Shown here: positions 1 to 13,042 of the stretch, piece by piece
Layout: each line of letters begins with the position of its first letter
Position numbering within the stretch: position 1 is the first letter of the stretch
Assembly: GCA_026770705.1 (NCBI GenBank)
Contig: JANJGN010000052.1
Span: forward strand, 434,001 to 498,000
Direction: 5' to 3'
DNA length: 64,000 nucleotides
From: Isurus oxyrinchus
Lineage: Eukaryota
The notes under the pieces: model-generated
Database searches by the model: none
Seen by the model: the letters and a program-made list of their open reading frames with translations, nothing else
What the model was told of the DNA's origin: nothing
Program-made: the position numbers and the translations under genes

Positions 1-69
1 GGTCTCCCCCTCGCCAGTTGCGTCTCTCTTTGTGTTCTGGGGCTCAGTAATCAGCACGTTCTGTTTACC
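1..69 (-). CDS. Siglec-like gene A, start of terminal cytoplasmic exon (runs off the window)
   Basis: Acceptor ttctctgtag at 70-79, phase 0; reads GKQNVLITEPQNTKRDATGEGET, paralogous to the tail exons at 53158-53406 and 56083-56331. Confidence 0.85.
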
Positions 70-211
70 CTACAGAGAAATCGAAACAGAAGTTATCCTC
101 ACATCATTTACTGGCACTGATAGGGTTAAATTATTGTGCAGCCTTGTTAATGTCAGTCGTGTCTCAGTTGGTTTAACCCTCTCTCTCATGTCATATGAAA
201 GATACCACCTA

Positions 212-430
212 TGGCAGTGCAACGCTCCCTCAGGACTGACCCTCCGACAGTGCAGCACTCCCTCAGTACTGACCCTCCGACAGTGCAGCGCTCCCTCATT
301 ACTGACCCTCCGACAGTGCAGCGCTCCCTCAGTACTGACACTCCGACAGTGCAGCTCGCCCTCAGTACTGACCCTCCGACAGTGCAACACTCCCTCAGTA
401 CTGACCCTCTGTCAGTCTTGCACTCCCTCG
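212..430. repeat. 33-bp tandem minisatellite (cagtactgagggagtgctgcactgtcggagggt family), intronic
   Basis: Unit seen directly; gives 11-aa periodic ORFs (TDPPTVQHSLS). From memory it resembles a segment of shark Deu-domain SINEs. Confidence 0.9.
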
Positions 431-579
431 GTAATGGTTCTGGTGAGTGACAGTTGGATTCTGCACTCAAGTGTCTGGTGTGAAGCTCATTAACATGCAC
501 CTTGTAATCAGAGAGAGGATGAGAGAGAGAGAAAGAGAGAGAGAGAGAAAGAAAGGGAGGTTGGGATAGAGAGAGAGAC

Positions 580-1333
580 TGTCATGATGCGATTAATAAA
601 TATCATGTTATTGGAAATTATTTTTATTCACATCGGGGTTTAGTCTGTGGGTGTGTCTGTGTGTGTTTTAATTGGATTAAAGCCAGCCAGTCTGGGTATT
701 TGATGTATAGTAGTTTTGAGATGTAAACTGAGGCATAAAAATTTGTATTTTTAAACAGAGCATTCAAAACCTGAGAGTGAAATCTTAAACCAATCAATAT
801 TTATTTTATTGATAAAATTGATACTATGACAGAGGATTTATTGTTTGAAGGGATGGAGTTCAAAGGTCCTGATGATACAATTAGAATTTACATTCAAAGA
901 GAAGAGCTGGGTATAACTTGAGCAGTTTTGTGTGTGCAGAGCAGAGGCTTGTAACATCAAAGCAGCTGTAAGCCTACACCTGTCTGCAAAGGAACCAAAG
1001 TGAAAGGAACCTCATTTGGAATTTGTGAGGTGAAAATGCTTTGCCTGGGTGTCTGCTTAAATTCTATGGGTTATCTTAGAGGAGATTAGTTTGGGAATTT
1101 GTTAAAAAGTTATGATAATACTAGTTTGTAGCCATGTGCATATGTTTAACTTGTGTTAATTAATAAATGGCTCATGTAGTTTGATATAAAACCATCTCGA
1201 GAACTGGTGGTCTTATTCCTGAATTTAGAGCTGCATCTCAAACATTCCACTGGGAAATATAGGTTATGACAGTTGTTTAAAGTTTCCCTCTGGGATTTTA
1301 AACAACAGTCTTTACCAGTTGCTGTGTCATAAC
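580..1333. mobile_element. Probable solo LTR in tail intron
   Basis: Begins tgtcatg and ends cataaca (TG...CA); related copies at ~48408-49220, ~53950-54684 and ~56902-57650. Confidence 0.6.
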
Positions 1334-1469
1334 AGAGAGACAGCATGATACTGAACCATTGCTGACTCCACAGGTACAAATCAGTGGGTAACTGGGCTGG
1401 GAATCTGGGACATGTGTTGTCTACACACTGAGATTGAAGCTTTGGAGTGAGTGTAAACAGCTCCTGTAC

Positions 1470-1551
1470 CTGGTGCTTCACAGAGAGTGAACTGGGGCTC
1501 AATGCAATGTCACTGGTCCCTGAAACTCTCTCCTCCATCGCTGTCTTTCTC
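1470..1551 (-). CDS. Gene A cytoplasmic exon 1
   Basis: 82 nt, ttgcag acceptor and CAG|gtacag donor, phase 2 to 0; (K)RKTAMEERVSGTSDIALSPSSLSVKHQ; joins the TM and terminal exons in frame. Confidence 0.85.
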
Positions 1552-1684
1552 CTGCAATAACACAATATCACACTGTGGTTATCATATAGCAGAGAGTCAG
1601 TGCAGCACAGACACAGAGCCCACTGTTAGCTTACACCAACGACTGGACTGTCTCTTTAAATCACTTCTGCACAAAGCACAGAAT

Positions 1685-2150
1685 CAAGAAGCTTGACACC
1701 ATCCACAACAAAGCAGCTCGATTGATCAACACCCCATCCACCACATTAAACATTCACTCCCTCCACCACGAACACACAGTGGCAGCAGTGTGTGTACCAT
1801 CTACAAGATGCACTGCAGCAACTCAGCAAGGCTCCTTCAACAGCACCTTCCAAACCCACGACCTCTACCATCTAGAAGGACAAGGGCAGCAGACACATGG
1901 GAACACCACCACCTGGAAGTTCCCCTCCAAGTCACTCACCATCCTGACTTGGAAATATATCACCGTTCCTTCACTGTCGCTGGGTCAAAATCCTGGAACT
2001 CCCTCTCTAACAACACTGTGGGTGTACCTACACCTCATAGACTGTAGTGGGTCAAGAAGGCAGCTCACCACCTCTTTCTCAAGGGGCAATTGGGAATGGG
2101 CAATTAGTATTGTCCACGCCAATGACAGCCACATTCGATGAAAGAATTTA
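1685..2150 (+). mobile_element. Non-LTR retrotransposon 3' fragment
   Basis: CTIYKMHCSNS..LLQQHLPNPRPLPSRRTRAAD peptide recurs at ~37150-38220, ~50920-51640 (minus), ~55040-55500 and ~58010-58470. Confidence 0.75.
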
Positions 2151-2273
2151 AAATCTCACAGCTTAGGAGGAAGCCACTCAGCCCATCGTGCCTGTGCTGG
2201 CCTTTTGTAAAAACTGTCCAATTAGTCCTAAGCAAATGTTTAGATTAAAATCAAGTTAAATCTTCAGACTTAC

Positions 2274-2370
2274 TTTCTCACACAGATGAAGATGAAGATT
2301 CCAGCCAGGAAAACACTCAACATGATCCCAGCCGTGAACAATCCTACTGTCCATTTACTGGAGTCTCTAC
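2274..2370 (-). CDS. Gene A transmembrane exon, uncharged (inhibitory-type)
   Basis: 97 nt, ttttacag acceptor and AA|gtaagt donor; (G)RDSSKWTVGLFTAGIMLSVFLAGIFIFICVRK; identical to 58840-58936. Confidence 0.9.
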
Positions 2371-2899
2371 CTGTAAAAACAGCCATTAATTACTGCACTA
2401 CAGGTTTACAATGATGCTCCGATGTATCTCGAGAAGCGATACACTCACTCAATGTTTAAATACTCATTCTCGGGCAATGCTGACATTTATTGTCCATCCC
2501 TAGTTTCCCCTTGAGAAGGTGGTGGGGGGTCTTCCTCCTGAACCACTGGTTTGTCCCAAACTGGAAGACCAGTTCAGAGGGCAGGTAAGAGTTAACCATG
2601 TTGGTGTCTGAGACTGGAGTCACATATACACCCAGACCTGTTAAAATGGACAGGTTTCGCTCCCTTAAGATCATTAGTGACCCATATTATATATGTAATT
2701 TCTATATATATGTATCAACTACCCTCCCTAAAATAATCAATTATCACCTCAATTTCACGCTGTTGTTTGTGGGATCTTGCTGTGCACAAATCAGCTGTTG
2801 CGTTTCCAACATGATAACAGTGAGCTCACTTCGAAACTGCTTTACTGGTTATCAAGAGTTTTGGGAATTCCTAAGTATTTTATCAACGCAAGTCTTATA

Positions 2900-3310
2900 T
2901 TTCGATTTAATCCATGTAACATTTATATATAATATTTATCAATGTGATCCCTATAGCATAAATTTATAATATTTATCAATATAATCTATGTAACATTTAT
3001 ATATAATTTTTATCCATTTAATTTCTGTAATATTTATATATAATGTTTCTCGATTTAATCCATGTAACATTTATATATAATATTTATCAATGTAACATAT
3101 GTAACATTTATATATAATATTTATCCATTTAATCTGTGTAACATTTATATATAATTTTTATCAACGTAATCTATGTAACATTTATATAAAATGTTTCTCG
3201 ATGCAATCGATGTAACATTTATATATAATATTTATCAATGTAATCTATGTAACATTTATATATAATGTTTCTCGATGTAATCTATGTAATGTTTATATAT
3301 AATATTTAGT
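2900..3310. repeat. AT-rich ~40-bp tandem repeat
   Basis: Repeated tgtaacatttatatataatatttatc core, about 10 copies. Confidence 0.85.
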
Positions 3311-3656
3311 CGTTTGGGAGGAGAACCTGAGTATTGCTGAGAAAGGACATTTTGTCAAAGCTTTCTGTCTTGCACCCAATGAAGCAGCTTATCTGGGGGA
3401 GAGGGTTCCAGATTTCCACTCCCCTTTGTGTGAAGAAGTGTTTCCTGACATCACCCCCTGAACGGCCTGGCTCCAATTTGACCAAGTGTTGCCATTGTCA
3501 CATGAGGTCAGGTGATTCAAAGCTTGGTCAAAGGGTTATGTTGTAAACAGCATCTTAGAGGAGGTAGAGAGAGAGGTGGAGTGGTTGAGGGAGGGAATTC
3601 TCGAGTTTAGGGATCAATCCAGCTGAGTGGAGATCGATCCTGAGCGAGTCTCTCAC

Positions 3657-3950
3657 CTTTGACCCACAGATACATCTTGAACATGGCTTCCCCATGTGGG
3701 TTTTGAACCGAGCAGGATGCAATCACTCCCCCCTCATCCTGGGGTCTCATCAGGGTGAGGAAACCAGTCACCAGATGCCCATCTCTGACCTGCCACGACA
3801 CAAAACCTCCGTGTGTTTGGTTACCACTGATGTTCGCACTGGGCAGGTGCCAGGTGAGGTCTCCGGGTGGGTTGGAGGTGGCCACACAGACGCAGGTGAC
3901 CCCCTCTGATCTCCGAGTGCACTCCGACTGCTGGGAAATCTCCGGCTTAT
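3657..3950 (-). CDS. Gene A membrane-proximal C2-set Ig exon (MAG domain 5 / Siglec-5/10-type)
   Basis: 294 nt, phase 1-1; KPEISQQSECTRRSEGVTCVCVATSNPPGDLTWHLPS...SCSVQNPHG; the C-x8-CxC..SNP pattern resembles MAG domain 5. Confidence 0.85.
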
Positions 3951-4539
3951 CTGAGGAGGGAAGGACAACAATGAGACAACGTCATAGCAAAGTTAGAGCG
4001 TAAGATAGAATCTTCACACTGAAACACTCATTCCTGCCTTTGTTACCTCTGCACTCAACTATCCCAACACTCTCCTGCCCGACCTCCCATCTTCCACTCT
4101 CCGTAAACATCAGCTCATCCCAAACTCTGCTGTCCCCATGTCCTAACTCACACCGAGTCCCGTTCACACATCACTCCCTGTTGGTCACTGAGCTACACTG
4201 GCTCCCGGTCCGACAATACCACAATTTTAAAATTAACATCGTTTCAAATCCCTCCTTACTCCCTCCCTATCTCTGTAACCTCCTCCAGAACCTTCAACCC
4301 TCCCTATCTCTGTAACCTCATCCAGCCGCTTCAACCCTCTCTATCTCTGTAACCTCCTCCAGCCCCTACAACCTTCCTTATCTCTGTAAACTCCTCCAGC
4401 CTCTACAACCCTCCGAGATCTCGATGCACCTCCAATTCCAGCCTCTTGACCTTCCCCCGATTCCTATCGCTCCACCATTGGCAGCCGTGCCTTCAGCTGC
4501 CTGGATCCTAACCTCTGGAATTCCCTCCCTCATTTCTCA

Positions 4540-5610
4540 CCTCCTTCGGACAAAATCTGACCACCATCAAAAGCATCTTCCCTTCACCCCCACCCCGTTG
4601 GCATTCCACAGGGATCATTCCCTCCAGGACACCCTGGTCCACTCCTCCATCACCCCTAGCACCTCAACCCTCTCCGATGACATCTTCCCATGTATTTGCA
4701 GAAGGTGCAACACCTGCCCCTTTACTTCCTCCCCCCTCACTGTCCAATGACCCAAACACTCCTTCCAGGTGAAGTAGCGCTTCATGCAGACTTCCTTCAA
4801 TATAATCTACTGCATTCATTGCTCCCAGTGTGGTTTCCTCTACATTGGAGACACCAAACACAGACTGGGTGATCGCTCTGATGAACACCTTCGGTCTGTC
4901 CACAAGCATGACCCAGACCTCCCTGTCGCTTGCCATTTTAACACCCCACCCTGCTCTCTTACCCACATGTCCGTCCTTGGCCTGCTGCATTGTTCCAGTG
5001 AAGCCCAACGCAAACTGGAGGAACAGCACCTCATCTTCCGACCAGGCACTTTACAGCCTTCCGGACTGAATATTGAGATCAACAATTCCTGGTCATGAAC
5101 TCTCTCCTCGATCTTCACTGCTTTTTGAACTTTTTTTTATGTATTCATTTTAATTGTTTTATTTGTTAACTGTTTTCCACTTATTTTTATTATTACTATT
5201 TGAAATTCATTTCCATTTTTCTTGATTGTTTTATCCGCAGATTTTAGTCTATTTTCGATCTTTATTCCCTCCACCGTCCCCTCCCCCTGCCACACCCCCA
5301 CGAGGGCCATCTGTCTCTTTCCAGAGTGCTTACCCTGGTCCGCCCATTATCACACTCTGCTTAATGTCACCATTAGCACCTCCTTTATCCAATACCACCA
5401 CTGTTAACAACCCTTTGACCTTTTGTTTATGACATCTTCCACAATCTCTCCATTGCCTCCACCTATCGCTGGTTTTCTATCCAGCTCCACCTGTCCCATC
5501 GCCCCCCCTTAGACAGGATATATTTCACCACATGTCTACTTCCCTTTAGCTCTGAAGAGGAGTCTTACGGACTCCAAACGCTAACCCTGTCTTTCTCTCC
5601 ACAGATGCTG
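4540..5610 (+). mobile_element. Penelope-like element remnant (GIY-YIG endonuclease)
   Basis: IYCIHCSQCGFLYIGDTKHRLGDRSDEHLRSV...PVACHFN; second copy at ~30805-31650. Confidence 0.8.
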
Positions 5611-5942
5611 CCAGATGCTCAGAATCAGCTGGATGGACAGAAAGACCAATGAGTGACTTAGATCAAGAGGAGACGTTCAGCAATTAAAAGGGTTGTTCAG
5701 GACAGTTAGAGAGAGAAAGGTCGTCAAGTATGGAGATTGGAAACGAAGACCTGACAGCCTTGTCCTCACAACCATTGAAGGAGAAACTGAGAGCAAAAAC
5801 AGAAAGGGAGAGGAAAAATTGGGTGTGTGGATAACGTGGACTGAGCGAGGATTGAAGAAAACTGGATTAAAAACAACACGATCCCAATGGCTCCACGGAG
5901 ACCACGGAGACAACAAACAAACAAATGTATCTCCACACTCAC

Positions 5943-6222
5943 GTTCCACAGTGATGGTTATGAACCCCTCCACTGCTCCATGTTCATTCTCTGCCACACA
6001 CTGATAGTCTCCAGTGTCCCTGGATGTAACGTGAGGAATCACCAACCACAGCTCATTGTTGCAACTTGTTCTGTTCATTGGGACATTAAGATGTCGCCAC
6101 GTCAGGTTAGAAGCTGGGAAGCTCTCGACAGAGCAGATTATCACTGCAGAATTCCGCTCAATTATGTTGATCGATGAAGCGTTAATCATATCAAGAGAAG
6201 TAATTGATGGGTTCCGGTGCAT
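5943..6222 (-). pseudogene. Gene A C2-set exon with a 2-nt deletion (frameshifted)
   Basis: 280 nt versus 282 nt in paralogs; splice sites intact; in phase 1 it reads HAPEPINYFS*. Confidence 0.75.
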
Positions 6223-7064
6223 CTAAATACAAATAAAGGTTTCATTGTGAGCAAACACAGTGCACAGCAAGACTCCAGGTATCATCTCTCTCCATCTGGT
6301 GTCTATGTGCATGTCAAGGCTTCTTTCTCCATTATAAGTTTCTATGTCACCATTTGTAACAGACACTGCCAGTGTGTTCCTTTTTGCATATTCATGGGAA
6401 GTGGATGTATCTATCTAGACCAGCATTTATTACCCATCCCTAATTGCCCTTGAGGAGGTGGTGGTGAGTTATTCACCCCCACAGAATTCCCAGCCTCTGA
6501 CCGGCTCCTGTAGCCACAGTATTTATGGCCGGTCCAGTTAGTTGTTTGGTTAACATCCCCCAGGATGTGGATCGTGGGGGATTCAGCGATGGGAAAGTGA
6601 TTGAATATCAAGGGGAGATGGTTAGATTCTCTCTTGTTGGAGATGATCACTGCCTGGTACTTGTGTGGTGTGAACATTACTTGTCATTTCTCAGCCCAAG
6701 CTGAGTGTTGTTCAGCTCTTGCTGCGTGTGGATATGTAAACTGTCACGCTGTAATTACAGCCTTCCACCAGAGGAGACACTGTCAGGCTAGAAGAAAAGA
6801 AAGTGTCTTTCACATGATCAGGATGTTCACGGAGATTTCACCATGGAGGAATTGCTTTGGAATAATGGGGTAATGGGTGATAAACCTACAATTCACTGTT
6901 CAGGAGGTTGCTCCATCCAATTCAGTGTCTTGATGATCTGGAGTTTACCTTCCTTCGACACAGAATCAGAGCTGCTACCGAGACTCGAGTGCAGCACTGA
7001 GACAGGAGAGGGAGCTGACACGTGTGTGTGTATGTGTGTTTGTGTGTGCGTGTCTGTGTGTGTG

Positions 7065-7102
<38 letters not shown>

Positions 7103-7124
7103 GTTGAAGTTTGCAGTAACTCAC

Positions 7125-7406
7125 GTTCCACAGTGATGGTTATGAACCCCTCCACTGCTCCATGTTCATTCTCTGCCACACACAGATAGTCTCCAGTGTC
7201 CCTGGATGTAACGTGAGGAATCACCAACCACAGCTCATTGTTGGAACTTGTTCTGTTCATTGGGACATTAAGATGTCGCCACGTCAGGTTAGAAGCTGGG
7301 AAGCTCTCGACAGAGCAGATTATCACTGCAGAATTCCCCTCAATTATATTGACCGATGAAGCGTTAATCATATCAAGAGAAGTAAATGAGAGATTCTGTG
7401 GAGCAT
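7125..7406 (-). CDS. Gene A C2-set Ig exon (type b)
   Basis: 282 nt, phase 1-1; DAPQNLS...IICSVESFPASNLTW...DTGDYLCVAENEHG. Confidence 0.9.
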
Positions 7407-8379
7407 CTAAGAACAAATCAAGTATTTAATGTGAGCAAGCACTGTGCACAGCAAGACTCCATGCATCATGTCTCTGTATCTGATGCCTGTGTGCATTTCT
7501 AGGCACCTTCCCTCAAGATAAGTTCCTATGTCACATTTACAATGGGCACTGCCTATGTAAACTGTCACACTGCAGGAGCATTCTCCCACCAGAGACCCTG
7601 CCCATCCGGATTTAAAGAAACTCCCTTTCACATCCTCAGGATGTCCCCAAGGGCTTGACAGGCAATGAATTATATTTAATCGATGGAGCACTGAGGGGTA
7701 AATCTACAATTCTCTGTTAAGGATTTTGCTCATCCAATTCAGGGTCTTGTTGATCTGGAGTTTACCTTCCTTCAGCACAGAATCGGAGCTGACACCGAGA
7801 CTCCAGTGCAGCACTGANNNNNNNNNNNNNNNNNNNNNNNNNNNNNNNNNNNNNNNNNNNNNNNNNNNNNNNNNNNNNNNNNNNNNNNNNNNNNNNNNNN
7901 NNNNNNNNNNNNNNNNNNNNNNNNNNNNNNNNNNNNNNNNNNNNNNNNNNNNNNNNNNNNNNNNNNNNNNNNNNNNNNNNNNNNNNNNNNNNNNNNNNNN
8001 NNNNNNNNNNNNNNNNNNNNNNNNNNNNNNNNNNNNNNNNNNNNNNNNNNNNNNNNNNNNNNNNNNNNNNNNNNNNNNNNNNNNNNNNNTGTGTGTTGTC
8101 TGTGTGCGCGTGTGCATGTGNNNNNNNNNNNNNNNNNNNNNNNNNNNNNNNNNNNNNNNNNNNNNNNNNNNNNNNNNNNNNNNNNNNNNNNNNNNNNNNN
8201 NNNNNNNNNNNNNNNNNNNNNNNNNNNNNNNNNNNNNNNNNNNNNNNNNNNNNNNNNNNNNNNNNNNNNNNNNNNNNNNNNNNNNNNNNNNNNNNNNNNG
8301 TGTGTGTCTGTTGGTGCGTGTGTGGTCTGTGTAACCTGTAAACCTAACCCTTCCACACTGATGGTCACGAACACCCCCC

Positions 8380-9390
8380 ACTGCCAACAAATTTATCTCA
8401 GTAAGGAACATGGCACTGCCAACCCCGTCAATACCATCTTCTAAACGGGGGATTGGGTAGGAATCTGGTTTTATTGCTGCATTAACCTTTCTGTAATGTA
8501 TGCAGAATCTGGTTGGAAATGAAATACCTGCTCCTTTTTACCTCCCTCCCTACGATGGTATCGTTTTAACATATTGATGTGTCACAGCCGATTCTTTATT
8601 CTACAATCTGGGGTGTGTATCAAATAATTTACTTGACCAACCCTCCTAATTACCTTGTGGGGACCACTGAACCGCGCTTTCAGAGGCTCCCCCTGCCAAG
8701 GCAATGATACTAACACGTCATCCCCCTGGTTGAGATGTTCGGGTCACAGCTTGCCTGTCTACCCCATTCCTTCATCTCTGTTTGAGAAACTATAAGATGT
8801 TCTTGTGCCACTTTGGAGGCTCCCATGAGCCGTTCCTGAAACATGGACACATCATCTGAAATAGAGGATTCATCCCTCTGTCCGGAATATCTTTCTTTGA
8901 TGAATTTCAGACAGCCTCTTATCTCGTGTCCATAAGTTATTCCAAAAAGACTAAAACCTGCCGATTCAGTTGGTGAATCTCGTGTGGGAAATGCAAGAAA
9001 ATCCAGTCCTTTGTCCCAGTCATGGGGAGTTCATGACAATAGCTTCAATCATTGTTTTGAGGGTTTGTTGGTCCCTCTCTAAAGATCCCCGTGTCTATGG
9101 ATGATATGCTGTGGACTTTAACTGTTTTATACCCAAATTACTCATTATGTTCGGAAAATTTTAAGACATAGAGATGGAACCTTGATCTGACTGGATCTCC
9201 AGCGGTAATCCATAATGGGTAAAAAATTGGGTTAACTTCCCTATTACTACTTTAGCTGTAATTGTTCCTAAAGGGATGGTCTCTGGAAATCGAGTTGTCA
9301 TATCCATCATAGTGAGGCCATACTGGAGTCCGGCTTTCATTTTCGATAATGGTCTAACACAGTCCACTAATGCTCGTATCCAATGGTAAC
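8380..9390 (-). mobile_element. Gypsy-type LTR retrotransposon integrase remnant
   Basis: LTMMDMTTRFPETIPL...KLTQFFTHYGLPLEIQSDQGS matches the integrase core; degraded. Confidence 0.75.
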
Positions 9391-9519
9391 GGACAATTAG
9401 CTCACTGGAGGAGGGGAATCCACAAATATCCCCATCCTCAATGAACGGGGAGCCCAGCACATCAGGGCAAAAGATAAGGCTGAAGCATTTGCTACAACAA
9501 TTATCCATTTCTGTCTGGC

Positions 9520-11560
9520 GTAAAAATAAGTCAGGAAATGGTGCTCAACCAGGGCTTACAAAAGAAATTAGGGATAGTATTAGATCCAGAGAGGAGACAT
9601 AAAATTGCCAGGGGAAGCAGCAATGCTGAGGATTGGGAGCAGTTTAGAATTCAGCAAAAGTGGACAAAAAGATTGATCAAGAAGGGGAAAATGGAACATG
9701 GGAGTAAACTTGCAGGGAACGTAAAAACCGACTGTAAAAGCTTCTATAAATATGTGAAGAGAGAAAGATTAGCAGTGACCGATGTAGGTTCCTTGCAGTC
9801 AGAAATGGGGGAAATTCTAATGAGAAACAAAGAAATGGCAGAAGAACTGAACATATATTTTGGTTCTGTCTTCACAAAAGAGGACACAAATAATTTCCCA
9901 GGAATGTTAGGGAACCAAGTGTCTAGTGAGAGGGAGGAATTGAAGATAATCAGGATTAGTTTTAAAAAATGGAGCTGGAGAAATTAATGGGTTAAAGGTT
10001 GAACAGTCCCCAGGGCCTGAAAATCTACATCCCAGAGACTAACGGAAGTGACCCTGGAAATATTGGAAGCACTGGTGGTCATCCTCCAAAATTCTATAGG
10101 CTCTGGAGCAGTTCCTATAGATTGGAGGGTGGCAATTGTAACCCCACTATTTAAAATAGAAGGGAGAGAAAAAAACTGGGAATTACAGATCAGTTAGTCT
10201 AACATGGGGAAAACGCTAGAGCCTATTATATAAGGTGTGCTAACGGAACGCTTGGAAAGCATTAATGGGATTAGACAAAGTCAGCATGGGTTAATGAAAG
10301 GAAAATCATGCTTAACTAATCTACTGGAGATTTTGAGGATGTAACTTGTGGAATAGATAAGGGATAACCAGTGGATGTGGTGTATTTAGATTTCAAGAAG
10401 GCTTTTGATAAGGTCCCACATAAGAGGCTAGTGGGCAACATTAAAGCCCATGGGATTGGGGGTAATTTACTGGCATGGATTGAGAATTGGTCGACAGACA
10501 GGAAACAGAGGGTCAGAATAAATTAGTCTTTATCTGAGTGGCAGGCGGTGACTAGTGGTGTACCACAGGGATCCGTGCTTGGGACCTAACTATTCACGAT
10601 ATATTTAAATGACTTGGGTGAAGGAGCCAAGTGCAATATTTCCAGGTTTTCTGATGACACAACGCTGGGTAAGGGTGTGAGCTGTGAGGAGGATGCAAAG
10701 AGGCTTCAAGGCGATTTAGACAAGTTGTGTGTGTGGGCAAACACATGGCAGATGATGTGGATGAATGTGACATTGTAGGCTTTGGTGTGAAAAACAGAAA
10801 GGCAGAGTATTATTTAAATGGTGATATAATGGGAAATGTGGATGTATAAAGGGATCTGGGTGTCCTTGTGCACTAGCCAATGAAAGTAAACAGGCAGGTG
10901 CAGCAAGTAATTCGGAAGGCAAATGGTATGTTGGCCTTCATTGCAAGAGGATTTGTGTTCAGGAGTAGGGATGTCTTACTGCAGTTATACAAGGTCTTGG
11001 TGAGACTGCACATGGGGTACTACGTGCCGTTTTGGTCTCCCTCCCTAAAAAAGGATAGACTTGCCGTCGAGAGAGTGCAGAGAAGGTTCTCTAGGCTGAT
11101 ACCAGGGGAGGCAGGACTGTCGTATGAGGAGAATTGGTACGACTGGGTCTGTATTCACTAGAGTTTAGAAGAATGAGAGGAGACCTGAATAAACGTAAGA
11201 AATTCTAACAGAGATAGACAGACTGGATGGAGGGAGGATGCATCCCTTGGTTGGGGAGTCTAAAACCAAGAGCCACAATCTCAGGATACAGGGCAGGCCA
11301 TTTTGGACTGAGATAGGGAAACATTTCTTCACTCAGAGGGTGGTCAATCTGTGGAATTCTCCATCACAGAGGCTGTGGAGGCCGGGTCACTGAGTGTATT
11401 CAAGAAAGAAACTGATAAATATTTTGATATTAGGGGCATCAAAGGGTACGGAGAGAAAGCGGGAATAAGGCTTTGAGATAGAGGGTCAGCCATGATCATA
11501 TTGAATGGCGGAGAAGGCTTGAAGGGCTGAATGTCCTAATCCTGCTCCTAGTTTCTATGT
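9520..11560 (+). mobile_element. CR1 LINE, 5'-truncated and decayed
   Basis: KLAGNVKTDCKSFYKYVK, QHG..KGKSCLTNL, YLDFKKAFDKVPH, GVPQGSVLG, KANGMLAFIARG and a CR1-type 3' tail. Confidence 0.9.
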
Positions 11561-11932
11561 ACCTAGGTATCTATAGAACTATCTCTCTCCGTGTTCTATT
11601 CTCATGTGACCTTGAGTAACTGATGATAAATACTATCTATTTACATTGTTAATATTAAACTTTTATACTACATCTCCCCCAAAATCTTTGACATCAATGA
11701 AGACAATATTTATATTATCCTATATTGTCTTTTAAGTTCAACCTTGGCCCCCTCTGCCCTATCAGGTAGGCATAAACAATCCCAAGGCTCAATACAGGAA
11801 GAGCTCTCCCTGGTCAATATCACTAATAAAAAAGGACCTGTTTTGTCTTCAACCCAGTGATGTTTGTGGGATCTTGCTCTGCACATTGTAACCTATTACA
11901 GCTAATATAGAATCAAGGGTTTCAGTACTTAC

Positions 11933-12229
11933 CTTGTACAGTTAGTACAAGGGTCCGCTCCGATGAAACAGATGGATATCTCACTCTGCAGCTGAGAGTG
12001 TGTCCGTGGTGTTTGAGTGATGGGATCAGGGTTAGAACAGAAGTATAGGTCAGAGTGACACCATGCTGAGTTACAGTGTTTGACACTGATCCAGGTACGT
12101 CAGTGGGAGTGTCCCAGGTTAAGACAGGTGCTGCTGTTCCATTGCACGTTGTGTTGAAGGTGCAGCTTACATCCACACGCTTTCCTGCAATAATTTCAGC
12201 AGGGAATATCATGGGTTTATCTGTGAAAT
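11933..12229 (-). CDS. Gene A Siglec domain-2 C2-set exon (type a)
   Basis: 297 nt, phase 1-1; DFTDKP...VSCTFNTTCNGTAAPVLTW...YTSVLTLIPSLKHHGHTLSCRV, with the extra BC-loop Cys typical of Siglec domain 2. Confidence 0.92.
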
Positions 12230-13042
12230 CTAACACACAGAGAATGGATCCTTTTAGAGAAATATAACATGAAGCATCAGTTCAAATAGAAATCACAGTC
12301 CCACAAGAGAAAGCACTTTTACAAGGATGATATCAGAACTGAGAGATTACAACGATCAGGAGAGACTTTCCTATTTTCAGACTTAGTGGAGTTTCTGTCA
12401 CTCAGATGAATTCACTTCCACTTTGAGACAATTGAATTGACAATCCTGGGTGAGGGTGGGGGATCAGCTCACAGTTCCTGGCACACTGGCTTGTTACTTT
12501 CTCCGAAATCTGCCAGATTTAAATTCTATCCAGTTCCCAGCAGGAGAGAATCCATTTGAACCAATCACTGAACCGGCATCTAAAGCAGATGATCAGGTTA
12601 TTGATCACATTGCTGTTTCTGGGAGCTTCCTGTGCACAAATTGGCTGCTGTGTTTCCTATATTACAACAAGGGCTACATTTCAAGAATTATTTCAATGGT
12701 TGTGAATCCATTTGCGACGTCCAGAGGTGGTGAAAGGCGCTATAGAAATGCAAATCTTTCTTTTGTTGATATGTAAGAATTTTAAACAGGATTAGGGAGA
12801 TTGATATAAGTGGATAACCTGATAACATTGATGGACACAGTCAATACATTTAATCATTGATATTAAAGTGAGTATTAGAGGTTGTTTTAGGACTCAACTG
12901 GAAGCTATTAGCAGGTTATTGAGAATCAGACAGTGTGTTATAATAAGCTGTGTTTTGTGCTAATATGTAAACGTCACAGTTTGTGTTATTTCCCATTGAG
13001 TGTTGAATGTGAATTGTTGAGTAATTATAACACAGCACTTAC

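Noticed and set aside
7704-8444. ORFs spanning N runs (also ~39.2-39.9 kb and ~60.5-61.2 kb)
   Set aside because: Open only because of Ns; the flanks are TG-rich simple sequence
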